This document shows positions 38,101 through 50,687 of a stretch of DNA of 64,000 nucleotides, piece by piece. The notes under the pieces are model-generated. The model did no database searches. It saw only the letters and a program-made list of their open reading frames with translations, and was not told where the DNA came from. The stretch spans positions 124,001 to 188,000 of the forward strand of contig JAPEUD010000037.1 of assembly GCA_026026165.1 (NCBI GenBank). Direction: 5' to 3'. The translations under genes and the position numbers were made by a program. Numbering within the stretch: the first letter of the stretch is position 1; each line of letters begins with the position of its first letter. This DNA is from Sarea resinae. Taxonomy: Eukaryota.

Positions 38101-38213
38101 GCTGTTGTCCATGGAGCTTGTGGGACTGTTGACGATTGCTCGATGGGAAGCAATTCCGCGCTGCGGCGATTGCGCATCAATTCGGGGAGCAAGCCGTGCT
38201 CCATATCGTCCAA
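35190..38213 (-). CDS. Hypothetical protein (1007 aa, single exon)
   Basis: Long uninterrupted ORF; N-terminal 'WTTARCQRLLRPLASRI' and 'FRWEEGICEWVAATP' look like conserved blocks. Confidence 0.8.
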   Translation of the reverse strand: MDDMEHGLLPELMRNRRSAELLPIEQSSTVPQAPWTTARCQRLLRPLASRILLLRKAGRENYTASQRIKNSAAAAGQDIGTSIANDKLGTTTEGSPVDPDWVPDRRVPKKLKFKYSGRSNEQILQQKGNAPASVGSRQAPPSRPGEVTVPTPMIARTMSEETQDIDTNSTLDEFGPLHKETKSSRRGDHPNPILRDMKTAIPPTRWALINGIYTGLDTLLKATKPVSIRDSPKGARSLFSTCVKIVPDYITAVELWQTEQDHDSRDDAASEVYSDLESFGASGTAGWKPLRGVVRAQGISLLGRAIIEGLIDEEFGRGLVMLCIQCVSYDEAEELLSCLNSRYCRLPKPSSVGSALFAPTTSGSLHTLQRYAERTNRVGFFYRELEKLLRDGSIPIEWLATRDVNPVWVRVIQSISQNDGQSAHATSFLRTAVELSCNIPCTETLEAQIHSLRLQHSQIRSCGRLPSFMFQEPSNPRGPKNKHTLEKFGAFPLAGAGTSKLIDALGNTISSLFTILVAIADVHSRVFMAHPGRQSGITPLIWETLQGLAFAVGQAVQLDSILPPTSNEFGGRAHALLNRTVLLANALLPELPRGSFEDSISFREAESLELLCALRSRPEGNSAEAFEDTDRLADFFCSLARCCGRASHDDGFQHLQSLALRLMSLPYKAGTSFSTEYLAAIIVRGIEQFTEQTGSSIRPDFEEQMQDWLVEQGLGSMKTPMKTPRDKRTQSGFRWEEGICEWVAATPASLLQKRKVRIRRPVNKNESVQDASTLPRRVSVDDRRGTNLDLCDMSALPHKRNLSEGSSFSKEQSRRKNAFIVDSSPQSEDRDTLSNVSGDYSDTDSFSGQAIPQALVQPGHRHVPNKRQRVDSNIAKVSGTKESRARTPDGDSDTTLYKPGRQTTLPSRASKPVKRPWILSDDSEEDELSTAENYARIVTKPLTARAFHQAKNIRRPLNPIAPNEKILETSAKHAVEKSRPRHYERGRSRRKQSLLEYSESEDELSFL

Positions 38214-38839
38214 GAGAATAATATTGTTGCTGGTTCAGAGACTATTCTGAGCCTGGGATGGTTATTAGAGAAAGTCACACACACTCGAATGGAACTGACT
38301 CAGTCTTGGTCCAAAAGCCGAACGTCTGAAGCTTTGGTGAGCGACAATCATCTAGGGTCGTTTTCTAGATTCTGCATTTCCAAGATTGGCTCTCGTCGTG
38401 CGGTAGCGTGTAAGTCGGAGACAGTGCTCGGCCAGCAAGATCAAGATGGCGAGAACGATAGCTGGACTCCAAGCCAATGTTTACATTTGTCGCTACTCAG
38501 CCAGTACGAGGTACTCGGATAAACATCTAAACATCAGATATGATCGCCAAGAACCGGCGCAAGCGAGAACGTTTCCATATCAGATCTTTCCAGGTTGGTC
38601 GTTCCAACTCCCAGTTTCTTGGGTCTTGGCCGCATTCGTTCGCTAAAGCTGACGCGCAACCCAACACATAGCATAAAGTGCTAGAGGTGTCTTAGAGTGG
38701 ATAATGTGATTCGATTTCTCTCTTTCTCTCTCCGCGCTCAAGAGGCCATCTCATGATAAGAACCCAAATGATTCTGCTCATGCGGATGTCGGACTCAAAA
38801 TGACAGTCCGTCCAAGTCCTCGAATCCTTCTCTATCTAA

Positions 38840-40787
38840 ATGATGACCTCTCTTCTCCGTCACTCATTAGGCCGTAGAGGCACGAATTTGGCACATGGCC
38901 ACGTTTTTGATTTGATTACGTCTCTAAGCCGACCTCGGCAACATTTCCTAATTGTCTGTCCCATTCGTCACCAGTCCCCAGTTTCGAGCGGTGTTTCTAG
39001 AAGATGGGCTTCTCAGCAGTCTGGCGGCTACGGGGGAAGTCAAGATTTCGATGTACAACCAGGTAGACACTTAACGGCAGAAATCAACTCTTTGCCAATG
39101 CCTGAAACCACTGACGTGCTGTTATAAAGTTCAAACGGTGCCTAATAGCAACCAAGGCAGCTCCGAGGATAGTGAGGGGAAGCAAGACCAAAGCAATGCT
39201 AATCAACCACGCCCCTTGACTTCAACGCTTTTCAAGATGTTTGAAAGTGCTGCCACTACTTTGGCGTCCTTGGCTATATTAGCGTAAGTAGAAGAATAGG
39301 CCATTCTTTCGCAGAGCAAAGTTCCTAACTAGAACGCCACTTTCACCCAGCATCGCCGGATATGGATATCACAAGTATTACAAGTATCTCGTGCTCGAGA
39401 AAATGTCAAACGCTTTCGAACCCGGGGATCCGATTTTAGATCTTGCTGGGGCAGGGAAGAGACCCTCTGCGGTTACTTTCGACGAGGAGCCGAAACATTG
39501 GGTTTTGAGGGAGGAGCAGCAAAAAATCGATGCTATCCTTGATGGGAGCAGATCAGGACATTATTACCTCTTGATCGGCGAGAAAGGAACAGGGAAATCT
39601 TCCATGCTCATCGACGCCATGCAGAAGGTCGGCGGCGATGGGATCTCCATGTTTGAAGCACATGCGGATCTCGAGATCTTCCGGATTCGCTTGGGGAAAG
39701 CGCTCGATTTCGAATTCCATGAAGATTATATCGGCTCGCTTTTCAGCATCAGGGGCCCAAGAGATACGACAGCGTTACTTGATATCGAACGAGCTTTTAA
39801 CAAGTTAGAGAAGGTGGCGCTGAAGCACCGAAAGACGAAGGATCGCCCTCTGGTATTAATCATCAACAGTGCCCATCTCCTCAGAGACGACGAAGACGGA
39901 CAAGATGTCATAGAGCTCATCCAGCAGCGAGCAGAACAGTGGGCAGCAAGTAACCTAGTCACGGTAGTATTCAACAGCGACGATTACTGGGTCTATGAGC
40001 GCCTGAAGCAATACGCTACTCGCATGGAGGTACTTCCAGTACTTGACTTGCCTAAACATCAGGCTCTGATGGCATTAAGAAATTGTCGAATGAAATATCT
40101 TGGAGAGGACCCGCCAGAGAATATCTTGGAGCAAGTCTACAAGAAGATTGGTGGTAGACTTACGTTCTTAAACCGGGTAGCACAGTCTAAAGACATGCTA
40201 CGTGCTTGTGAGCATATTTGCGAAGTCGAGAAGAAATGGTTCCTGAATAAATGCTGGATCCTCGGCGAAGAGATGGATGACGACGTAATGGATGAGCAGA
40301 AATACTCGGTCAGTTCCCCACCATGATGCAACAGAAGCATTCTAAGACCAAACAGTCCGCAGCGATGGTCTTGGCGAAAGCCCTAGTCGACAAAGAAAAG
40401 ACGATGAAGCAGAAGTTTGATGCCGAGGGTGATATTGTTCTCCCAGAGATACCACTACACGAGGCGCGGCAGATCATGACGAGGGCGGATTTTATCAAGA
40501 GTTACGATCATATCAACATTTTTACTATCGACTCGAGGGCAATGGTACGTGCCGATTCGGTGCCTATGCAGAATGCCTTTCGCGAGATATGTCGGCAACC
40601 CGGCTTTGACGAGCACCTCGAAGCGACGCTGGAACGGATTTCTGCAATTGAAAGTCTTGGACGGACCCGAGAGTTGGTGCTGAAAGATCTCTGGAATCAA
40701 GGCCAATATCATGTCAAGGTACGCAATGGGAAGGGGCAAGTAGAAAAGCATGTGGTGTTTGATGCTCAAGGCTCAGAGAAAGCCTGA
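38840..40787 (+). CDS. P-loop AAA+ ATPase-domain protein, probably mitochondrial, multi-exon
   Basis: Walker A 'LIGEKGTGKSS'; Arg/Ser-rich presequence-like N-terminus; GT-AG introns near 39062, 39284 and ~40308. Confidence 0.8.
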
Positions 40788-41730
40788 AGAAGCATCACCG
40801 AAATCACGAATTCTTTCTTCGCCCGAATACCTAGATACATTGAATGTATAAGTAGCGAACAATACGAGACGTCAGCGATGGCTCTCATCATGATAGTTCT
40901 CTTCAGCTTAAGACTGCTGTCGTCTGACATAGCTGCGTCCCATTCATGAGTTATTCGATCCCGAGGGGTCGATGAGACTATGACAGACACGTCGATACTT
41001 GGCCCGGACTACAGAGCGACAGTCTACTACGTCAAGGTAAACAATGCCCCCGACCAGGTGGAGGACGTATTGAGTATCACCGAGTACCGGAGAGGTACCC
41101 AGTCCCCAGCTCTCCAGGCTGTGGATCGACAAGGCAGAACAATGATAGAACTCTGGAAGAAATCCAGGATCATCCTCCATACCGTATATGCCTAGCAGAT
41201 GACGCCCATGATCAATGACCACCTCAGGACCATGACCATGACTCTGTAAATCCGTCTGATGCAGACGATACTGCGGTATATACGCCATCCCCTGCGTACC
41301 AGGCGGCCCGATCGCAGCACTTACTGCGTACTCTACTCCGTAGACAGCTGCAGCACGGCAGCACGGCCAGCCAAGCGACGGATCAACGCCGCCGCCCATC
41401 CGAGACTTGCCGAGCGCCGGAAATGAAACCAAACGCGGTGCGCTAAGTTTTCATGTCACCGAGCTTCGTGACGAGATCTTTTTGTGAGCCAAAGCTCATC
41501 TGCAAATGCTCTTGCACACTACGCACCTACTCTCTGCTTCACCTTTATTTTGTATTCACATCCTCTCCACTTCCTCCATTTTGTTCTCCTCCGTTTCTTT
41601 TCTCCCCGTTGTACTATAGCACCATCTCTTTGGCCGCTTTCGCTGTTGTTCGCTCCGAGCTGAACGACTACCCCAGACTCTTGATCGAGCAGAGAACTCT
41701 GGCGTCACCGTGAAAAGGTAGATTGTGAAA

Positions 41731-44700
41731 ATGGCCGCAGCTGGTGAGTTCCCTTGACCTGCAATCTCAGCCAACATTCTCCTCTTTTTCACATCCACAG
41801 CAAAGCGAATCATGCTAAATCACGGATGCAGCAGAATCGAGTGCACACGACGATGCACAGAAAGTCAATGCTTCGTCGGGCGAATCTGATAACGCAGCGA
41901 TCAAAGCCGATGGGGAAGCTGAAGGCCAGGCAGCCGACAGTATGCTAGCATTCGATCTTTTCACTTCAATTGATGTGTCAAACTGACTCCGGACAAGATG
42001 TATTCCAGCTCACTGTCCGCCTGCCACATGCTCCCTACAAGACCCAAATAATGGTGAGCAGCTGCTGTAGAGAATAGCGCAATGCTAGGATGTCTGTTGA
42101 TGATCTCAAAGGTTTCGACCCAGGAACAGGTTCAAGACGTCCGTCAATCCATCGTGGAATTCCCCAGCACTTTCCAGTATTCGTGCTTTCACCTCGAGCA
42201 CGATGGCCAGCGCATCAATGACTTCGTTGAGCTATCTGAAGTAACCGGTCTTCATGCCGGATCGGAGCTGACATTGGTTGAGGACCCTTACACCGAGAAG
42301 GAGGCTCGTATACATACGGTCAGAATTCGGGAGCTTATCGGTGCGGCCGGAGATCGGGTAGATACATTGCACGGCATCCTGGCGGGAGCGTCGTTGCACG
42401 ATAGTATTTTGACCGAGACGGAACAGGCGGCATCGAGCAGCAACGGCAACGAGAAAGCTGCCTCGTCTAGTGATGCTCATGCCATGACTGATTATGACTT
42501 CGATGCTCCAGGATCCGTGAAGACCCTTATCCCTCCGCCACAGGACGCTGCGCCGAAGACAATCAAATCCATTTCTGTATCTCCATGGAATCCTCCGCCG
42601 TACCACCTGCGACAGAGAGGGCATTTGCTCTATCTCCAGGTGACGACAAACGAGGGTGAGCAGCACCAAATTACCTCGCATGTGTCTGGATTTTACGTCA
42701 ACAAATCATCAAACAGCAAATTTGATCCTTTTCCGAGGTCACATCCCAAAAGCTTTTCGGCGCATTCGCTTTTGTCGCTGATAGAATTAATTTCTCCGTC
42801 GTTCAGCACTTCGTTCTTGGCTCTTCAGGAATACAACAACAAGAAAGATCCTTTGTCAACTTTCCAGTTGGCCAATGCAATGCCATCAAATCCTTGGCTT
42901 GTCCCTGCTGCAAATTCACCTCTGCTAGCCCACCATCCGGATGTCGCTCGAACGCAGGAAACCTACCTTATCTCTGGGGTCGAGACTTCAGAGACGTTAC
43001 GTGATTGGAATGAGGAATTCCAATCAACGCGTGAACTGCCAAGAGAGACCGTTCAAGATCGGGTATTCAGGGAGCGCTTGACTTCTAAACTCTTCGCTGA
43101 TTACAATGACGCGGCTTCTCGAGCAGCAGTCTTGGTTGCCAGAGGCGAAGTTGCACCCTTGAACCCAACCGAAGATAGGGATGCCCAGATCTTTGTATAT
43201 AACAACGTGTTCTTCAGCTTTGGTGCAGACGGCGTCGGCACGTTTGCCTCCGAGGGTGGGGATGAAGCTGCCCGCGTTGCTACTGGCAAAGACGTCATGG
43301 GAGTGAGAGCTGTAAACCAGCTTGATATCCCAGGCCTTTTCACTCCTGGTACCGTTGTAGTCGATTACATGGGCAAGCGTCTGGTTGGTCAGAGCATTGT
43401 CCCGGGTATCTTCAAGCAACGAGAGCCCGGCGAACACCAGATCGACTATGGTGGTGTTGAGGGCAAGGATACAATTGCCGAGAATGAGACGTTCAAACCT
43501 CCTTTTGAGAAGCTTTCGAAAGCTCTGAGAGTTAAAAAGCACGCTGTTTGGGACAAAGATGGGAAACGACATGACCTCGAAGGCAGTGTAGAGACGAAGG
43601 GTCTGCTAGGAACGGATGGCCGAAAATACGTCCTCGACCTGTACCGGATAACACCCCTGGACGTGGCGTGGTTAGAGGAGCATCATGAGGGCCCATCCAA
43701 GGATGGAAAAATCCCTCAGTATCCGCACAGGATGGCTGTTCTCAGGCCAGAGCTGGTCGAGGCGTATTGGAGGATGAAGATGCGAGAGTATGTGAAAGTT
43801 GAGGTCGAGCGTCGTAGAGAGGGTAAGAAAGAGGCCAACGGTGACTCTGGAAAGACATTGGCCCAAACCAACGGCGCGGAAGAGGCAAATACGGACAAGC
43901 AACCCGAGGATGGGTCCGAAGTTGCTAATGGTGAGGTTGCTAAAACCGAGAATGCCGACAAGCAAGAGACTGAGCAGGAACGTATCGACATCTCGGGATT
44001 CCAGCTCTCGTTGAACCCCGACGTATTCAGTGGACAGGTCCCTCAGACCGAGGAAGAGAAACAAGAATGGGCCAGGGACGAGGAGGAGGTGCGAGCAGCT
44101 TGCACGTACCTCAACCAGGATGTCTTGCCGGAATTGGTAGGTTGCAGGCTTCATTCCCATGATTATATATATCTGACATGGTCTATAGATCCACCATCTT
44201 CAAGAAGGCGACGTCGGCTTTCCCATGGATGGCCAGTCATTGAGCAGACTTTTGCACAAGCGAGGTATCAACATCAGATATCTCGGACGGGTCGCTTCTC
44301 TTGCTCAAGAGCTTGGCCCTCGATTGCAGGCCCTCAAACTGCTAGCCGAGCAGGAGATGGTATCTCGCGCATTCAAGCATATTGCTAACCGTCATCTCCG
44401 TCATCTTCCTGTTTCGTTTGTAGGAACTTGCGTTGCACATCTCCTTAATTGCATGCTTGGAACTGGACTGAACAAGAGCCCGTCGGCAGAAATCGACGAA
44501 CATCTACGGTCGCTATATTCCGAAGCAGATTTCGGCTTCGAGTCAATCACCCCTGAAAATTTGACCGCAGAAATACAGGCACAAGTCAGCCTACGGTTCC
44601 GCTATGACCTAGGCGCAGAGTGGCCTTCACGGATCAAGCCGTTGCAGATGCTACGTGAGGTTGCCTTGAAGCTTGGTCTCCAGCTTGAAGCAAAGGACTA

Positions 44701-45957
44701 CGTGTTTTCCAAGCAATCCGCTGTGAACGGAGAAGCAGAAGTCCCTGTGTCAAATGGTTCGCCAGCTACCAATGGTCACTCAAACGGCGGCAAGAAGAAG
44801 AAGAAGAGCGCCGAGCGTAACTCTCCGGCCTCCTCTGTTGCTTCTGGATCTTTAAATTCCCCGGTCACATTTAGTCCTGAGGATATTCTGAACATCGTCC
44901 CGCTTATCAAGGACGCTGCCCCACGGGTAAGTGGTTGATTCATAAAGCTTGTATGCTGTCATCGTCTAATGTTGTCCAGAGTACTCTCGCAGAAGAAGCC
45001 CTCGAAGCGGGCCGCATCTCTATTGCTCAAAACCAGAAGGAGCTAGGTCAGGAATTGCTGCTCGAATCGCTGTCGCTACACGAGCAGATCTATGGAATCT
45101 TCCATCCGGATGTCGCTAGAGTTTACTATCAACTCTCCATGCTGTATTACGGCTTGGATGAGAAGAATGCGGCCGTAGAGCTGGCTCGGAAGGCTGTCAT
45201 TGTCTCCGAGAGAACTCTGGGACTGGACTCGTCGGAGACTGTTCTTAGCTATTTGAACCTCGGATTGTTTGAACATGCTAATGGCAACACTAAGTCTGCC
45301 TTGGCATATGTCCGACATGCTCTAGAGCTCTGGAAGGTGATCTATGGTATCAAGCATCCAGACTCGATTACGACTATCAACAACGCAGCCGTCATGTTGC
45401 AGCACCTGAAGCAATACCATGAATCGCGCTTGTGGTTCGAGGCCTCGCTGTCTATCAGCGAAGAGGTTTCTGGAAAGCAATCTGTTAACACAGCGACACT
45501 CTTGTTCCAATTAGCCCAGGCGTTAGCACTTGACCAAGACTCCAAAGGAGCAGTCAATCGGATGCGCGAGGCGTATAACATCTTCCTAGCCGAGCTTGGT
45601 GCAGAAGACAGAAACACGAAAGAAGCTGAAAGCTGGCTTGAACAGCTTACACAGAACGCCGTGTCGATCGCGAAACATGCCAAAGACCTTCAGGCTAGAA
45701 GACTTCGCCGCGTGAATGTCACTCCTCGTGTGACACTAGGAACACGGCCCCAGCCTCAAGTCGGCCAATCGGCGTCAGATGCGGCCAATGGCACCGACTC
45801 CCGAAGTGGTATCGATCTAGATTCGCGGAGCATTGACGAACTTATGAGGTTTATCGAAGGAGGCGGGGATACGACGAAAAGATCGTCACAAAAGAAGCGA
45901 CCTGGGCGGAGTAACCCCAAGCGCAGGGGAGGTGGAGCAGTCGGCGCAACAGCATAA
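41731..45957 (+). CDS. CLU1: Clustered mitochondria protein (Clu1/Tif31), multi-exon
   Basis: 'SPWNPPPYHLRQRGHLLYL', 'RDWNEEFQSTRELP', 'GLLGTDGRKYVLDLYR', 'LHKRGINIRYLG', C-terminal TPR repeats. Confidence 0.95.
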
Positions 45958-46288
45958 ATCAACATGATTGAGATGGTTTTCTGGTAACATGCCGGACTGC
46001 TTAAGCTGTGTGATAACAGTGAAAGCAGGATACGGTCGTTGTCCATGGTTCGGTGGCTCGCACCACGTTGTTTTATTATGCATTTCCATTCACCTTTCTG
46101 GTCGTTTCTTGCATCGGTCACCTTCCGTCCTCATTTTCGACCAGGAAGGCGAACATGCGTTTAGACGCCACTCCAGCATAGCACACTCCCTGTACAAAAG
46201 TTGTATAAAAAATCTGTACTATATCATGGGGCTTCTATTGCTTCTCTCGAGGTGTCGGGCCATCGGTGTAAATGTTTAATAAGAATCA

Positions 46289-46344
46289 TTCCACTCTTCC
46301 ACTCTTCCACTCTTCCACTCTTCCACTCTTCCACTCTTCCACTC
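46289..46344. repeat. (TTCCACTC)x7 perfect tandem repeat
   Basis: Read directly. Confidence 0.95.
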
Positions 46345-46734
46345 CGTCATTGTAATAGAAGAAGAGCACGTCCGGGGTCTCACATTGATTTGGATACGTC
46401 CTCTTTACTGCGCAGTAGGGAGTAGTGGCTGTGGGGATCTGGGCTAATTTGATGACATCAAGCGGCCGCCGCACTTTTCAAGTCAACCTAAGTTAAAGTA
46501 AGGTCGTTGTGTCGTTGAATACCAGCCAATCAGAACTTGATCGCTAGGTAGTGTGCCGCCGCTTGCCATCATCATCACAAACACGAACTCTGCATTCTTT
46601 CACGTCGCAACATCAACAAAAGCTGCGCGCGTCCCGACCCACTGCAGCAGTCCTGCTCCACACCTCTCTCGCGACCCAAATTCTCTTCTCAATCATCGTC
46701 ATTGCTCCTATACGATCACTTGAAAAACGAAACC

Positions 46735-47821
46735 ATGCCTCCAAAGAAATCCCAGTCTAGGCTCGCCGAGGCGACTGGGTCCACGCCTGCGCCACTCCCG
46801 GCCTCGAAACTCCCCGCACCCTTGCGCTTTCCGCTGCTTGTGGTATTCAGCTTGACCTTGTCATCATTGCTCTACACGTTTGCGGCCGACTTTACCGCGG
46901 GCGAGCTTGCGAGCGTCAGTCGCAAACTGGACGGGTGGGGAGAGATCTTCGGTCTGATAGGATGGCGAGTCGTGGAGCTGGGCACTGGCTGGTGGTTCGA
47001 ATATGACGGTGAGAGACCCCGCGATTCATCTGTTTCAGGCTGCTATTCGGCATCTATGATTTGTATCTCATGAAGACGCTGAAGACTAATGTTTCGGGGC
47101 TATAGGCGTCGATCTCGCGTCGTTGACTCTTCTGTCGCATCTTCCACCTCTGTATCTGCTCACGACCTTCTATTCCGTCCGTCCAGCCACTGTCGTTGTC
47201 TCCTTGGCCATCGACCTCTTGACCACATACGTGCCGTTCAGGCTTCTGCGCCCGCTCTCGCCTACGCACAATTCCCAGGCGCCGAAATCCGCTGTGCCGA
47301 ATCGGCCCATCATAAACGATATCTCGGTGCAGGCATACACGACGCTATTAGCGGCAGCAATTTATGGTCTCGCGTTCTACTCCGCCTTTGCGAGCTGGCT
47401 CCCGGTGTATCTGGTGGTGCACTTCGAGGGCATCAAGGACATCTCGGCTGCGCACTCGGCCGTGCTCCCGTTCTTAGTCGCCTCGTTTCTCCCAGTAGGG
47501 TATGCGGCCAGAGAATTCATATTTACACCCGCTGTCGGCGCACGGGCGGATTTGGGAGACGCCCGCAGCAGAGGTTTCAATCCAGCTACGGCGACTCTTC
47601 TAGAGACCCTCAAGTACAATGTTTGGGGAGGCAGCAAGGGATCAAAGGTCGTCATCCAGCGAACGACTGCGTTGGTTCTTATCAGTGGCTTCAACACGTG
47701 GCTTCAGAGCTATGTCACCATTGAGGGCGTAGAGGCAGCCGGTGCGGCTGGGTGGGCTGGGATATGGGCTGCAGCTGGGTTGCTAACGGGCTTGACGTTT
47801 TGGTGGGTTGGGGATGTCTGA
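46735..47821 (+). CDS. Hypothetical multi-pass membrane protein; intron ~47009-47105
   Basis: Two ORFs joined by GTGAGA...CTAAT...TAG intron; several hydrophobic helices; ends 'FWWVGDV'. Confidence 0.78.
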
Positions 47822-48434
47822 GGAAGTTGATCTAGAACTCCACTGATGAAAGGTTCCTCGATTTCTCAATGATTGCTCTATTCAGCTATGGAACATTTTC
47901 TCTCTGATCTGGGTATTTCGGCAGGCTCCCTAGTGAGCACACGAGCTCACTTCAGTAGTATGGTGCTGCTTTATTACTGGACAAGCGGCGACTTGGTCAG
48001 CGATCTCTTTTCGGCTTGGCTTGGAGTTGTTGGCCTGCTCCGGCCCCCCAAGGCGAGTTCGGAATCGGGTGGCGGCGGGCTTTCGGAAGGCATGCTCGAT
48101 CGGACTGCTCAAGATCAAGACAGATTGCCGACTCGCGGAAGGATGCGTATGAGCTGCTGCGAGATTTGCTATTTGCCTGCTTCCAATTAGCTCTTGCTTC
48201 AGCACTCTAATCTCAAATTAAAAATTGAATGGTATTTCCATGACGCACCCATTGACCTCGGATGTAGGCGCAGCGCAAGCAGCTTCGACATGTGTAACAA
48301 GAAGGGGTCTAAAAGACACCATCTCAACGTCGAGCTTCAGGTGGCGCCGCGCTTCAAGCCGCAGATTCCATACGGATTGAATTGCTGCAATCGAGGCCGC
48401 GAGGGGGTAGTATCAGCCATACGATGGCACTTGC

Positions 48435-49004
48435 TCAATTCTGCCGCGGCTTGACGATCCCGTCGTGGACAATGTAGTAGACCACCGTACTGTCATCATC
48501 TACAGTGGCCAACAGTAAGCGTTTCGTCGTCGTCCTCGAATCGTCGCTGACCCCTCCTACCCCTTCCCCTTCCTCCTCGGAACCCACGCCCGCAGGGACG
48601 GCGCCAAGCAGGTCAAAGACGTCGGCGAATCGCCTCAGGCTCCATTTCTCCTTCAGGTGCGTCGGCAGCACCCACTCTCTCTGCAACGGGGCGTCGGCCT
48701 CGCGCATGCCGGCCTTGAGCATCTCGATCTGCTCGTCCGGGTGGATGTAGAGCCGCTGCGGCGGCAAGCCCGACAGGATCGGCCGCGGCAGAGGGGTCGT
48801 CGGGGAGAGGGGCGAGTGCGTGTGGAAGGTCAGCGCGGTCCAGTCGTGCTGGTGTTGCAGGTTGTGCTGGACCTGCAGGGCCAGCGTCTGGAGATGGGCT
48901 GGGTGGACCTGGGCGGCTTGGGTCGTCGGGTTGTCGGTCGAGGAGGACTCTGCGAGGGCGGAAAAGGCTGACGGAGGGGGTGGGGCGGCGGTTGGAGATG
49001 CCAT
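48435..49004 (-). CDS. SEN15: tRNA-splicing endonuclease subunit Sen15
   Basis: 'QVQHNLQHQHDW', 'LYIHPDEQ', 'EWVLPTHLKEKWSL', C-terminal 'LLLATVDDDSTVVYYIVHDGIVKPRQN'. Confidence 0.9.
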   Translation of the reverse strand: MASPTAAPPPPSAFSALAESSSTDNPTTQAAQVHPAHLQTLALQVQHNLQHQHDWTALTFHTHSPLSPTTPLPRPILSGLPPQRLYIHPDEQIEMLKAGMREADAPLQREWVLPTHLKEKWSLRRFADVFDLLGAVPAGVGSEEEGEGVGGVSDDSRTTTKRLLLATVDDDSTVVYYIVHDGIVKPRQN

Positions 49005-50687
49005 GATGTATTGAAGACGGCTCTTGAAACGCTTTTGGTGAGGATGGTTGCTTCACCTTTCACACTTGCTCCCCCGAGTCGATCGAGCCCGTGCTGTGGT
49101 GGTGGCAGGATCTTCTCTGATTGGAAGAGGGCCGCGAAACGCACAGCGTGACGGGCAACAGTACGAAGGCGGTGAGCAATGGATTGCTGCAGCCAAGACG
49201 TTGGGGAGACTATGTACGCAGCCCAGTGAGTATCTCGAGTCACCAGATAGACACCGATGGCATCTACGGACTACAAAGTACTACAGTACGTACCCGGGCC
49301 ATGAATCTCTACTTCGTACATGATGGAGTATCGATCACAGTATTGGTCAGCGCTACGGGAAGGGTCCTTTGCATTACTCAGACAGGAGAAAGAGGAGACA
49401 GAAGAGGTCTCAGCTCTGACGACATCCCCATCCAGTCCCTTGACCATGGCCGTCTCGCATCTATGAAGGTACTCCGTCGTCGGTATCATCTCTTGGTGGT
49501 GGCGTGGCGGGTCGTGTCGTGTCGTGGGTTGTGGATGCCCGTCTGGCGTCTGGCGTCTGATTCGGAATCTTCGCTCTGGTTCCTTTGTTTCCCTCATCCT
49601 TCTGCGTGCCAGTGAGCCAGTGGGTGTAGTCCGAGTACCCAGTACACGTCGTACCGGCGTACCGTCGTCGTGCGCCGTACTGTCGTTCTTCGTCCCCGGT
49701 ACTTCGTACCTGACGTCAAGTGACGGTGGGTGCGGATGCTGCGGAAGTACCGGAAGGCCAGGAACCGGCAAACTCTATCGAGAAGAGCGAGAAGAATTGC
49801 CTCTTGTGGCATTTCATTCAAGCTGGCACAGCTGAGCAAGCAAGTACTCCGAAGTACCCAGTGACGAACGAGTTGTCGATCGGGATGATCCATCATCTCT
49901 TTTGCTGGCCGTCATCTTCGAGGCTCGAGCCATGATGCCTTCATTCGCGTCCTGGCGCCGTGGAGAGACGAGGTACTATGGTAAGTTCACATCTCGGTTT
50001 CCTTTCGGAGCCAACGCCCCGTTGCCCTGGCGTTTCCCCCTGGGCGAGACCAGTCCAATCCAAATACTTGCACCGTCAGCGTCTTCCAAGTTCGGTCTGG
50101 GTACTGGCTACGACACTCCTCGACACCTCACTGAGACTTTGGGCTGCGAACTAAGGGGGAAACAGTACTAGATCCCCCGTGCACGGCGACTGATGACTCT
50201 AGCAGCAGTACTCCGGAGTACTCCGTGCTATCAGTCCAGAGCGCCTACGACACTAGGTACCTAGTACGGAGATTGTGTCGATACATTACTCTTCATTAGT
50301 CCTGTTCCCCCAGACTCGCTGCTCCGATTCCCAGACTGCTATATACATTTTCACCATCACCCACGTCTCGCCATCTCGGCATTCGTCTATCCTCAACCAC
50401 CACCATCTATCCATCCGCACATCCTCATCCCCATCCCCATCCCCATCCCCATCCTCACGCTTAAATCCCACTCTTACCGGTCTTTTCGTGCACTTTTAGA
50501 CTTTGGATGTCACTTGCCTCTTCGTTCATGCCTATACAACGCGATCTTTCGCCTTGCTCGCTCTAATTACTTTGCGACTGTGCATTCATTACCTGTCCGC
50601 TCTCTCGACGAGAGCCAGTGGCCGAGCACGCCAGCCGAATCTTCCGACTGAGGAAACCACCTCAACTTGCCATCTCCATCCAAAGTC

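Noticed and set aside
48435..49004. Functional linkage of SEN15 with the doubly interrupted tRNA
   Set aside because: 40 kb apart with many unrelated genes between; SEN15 looks ordinary, so co-location is probably chance.
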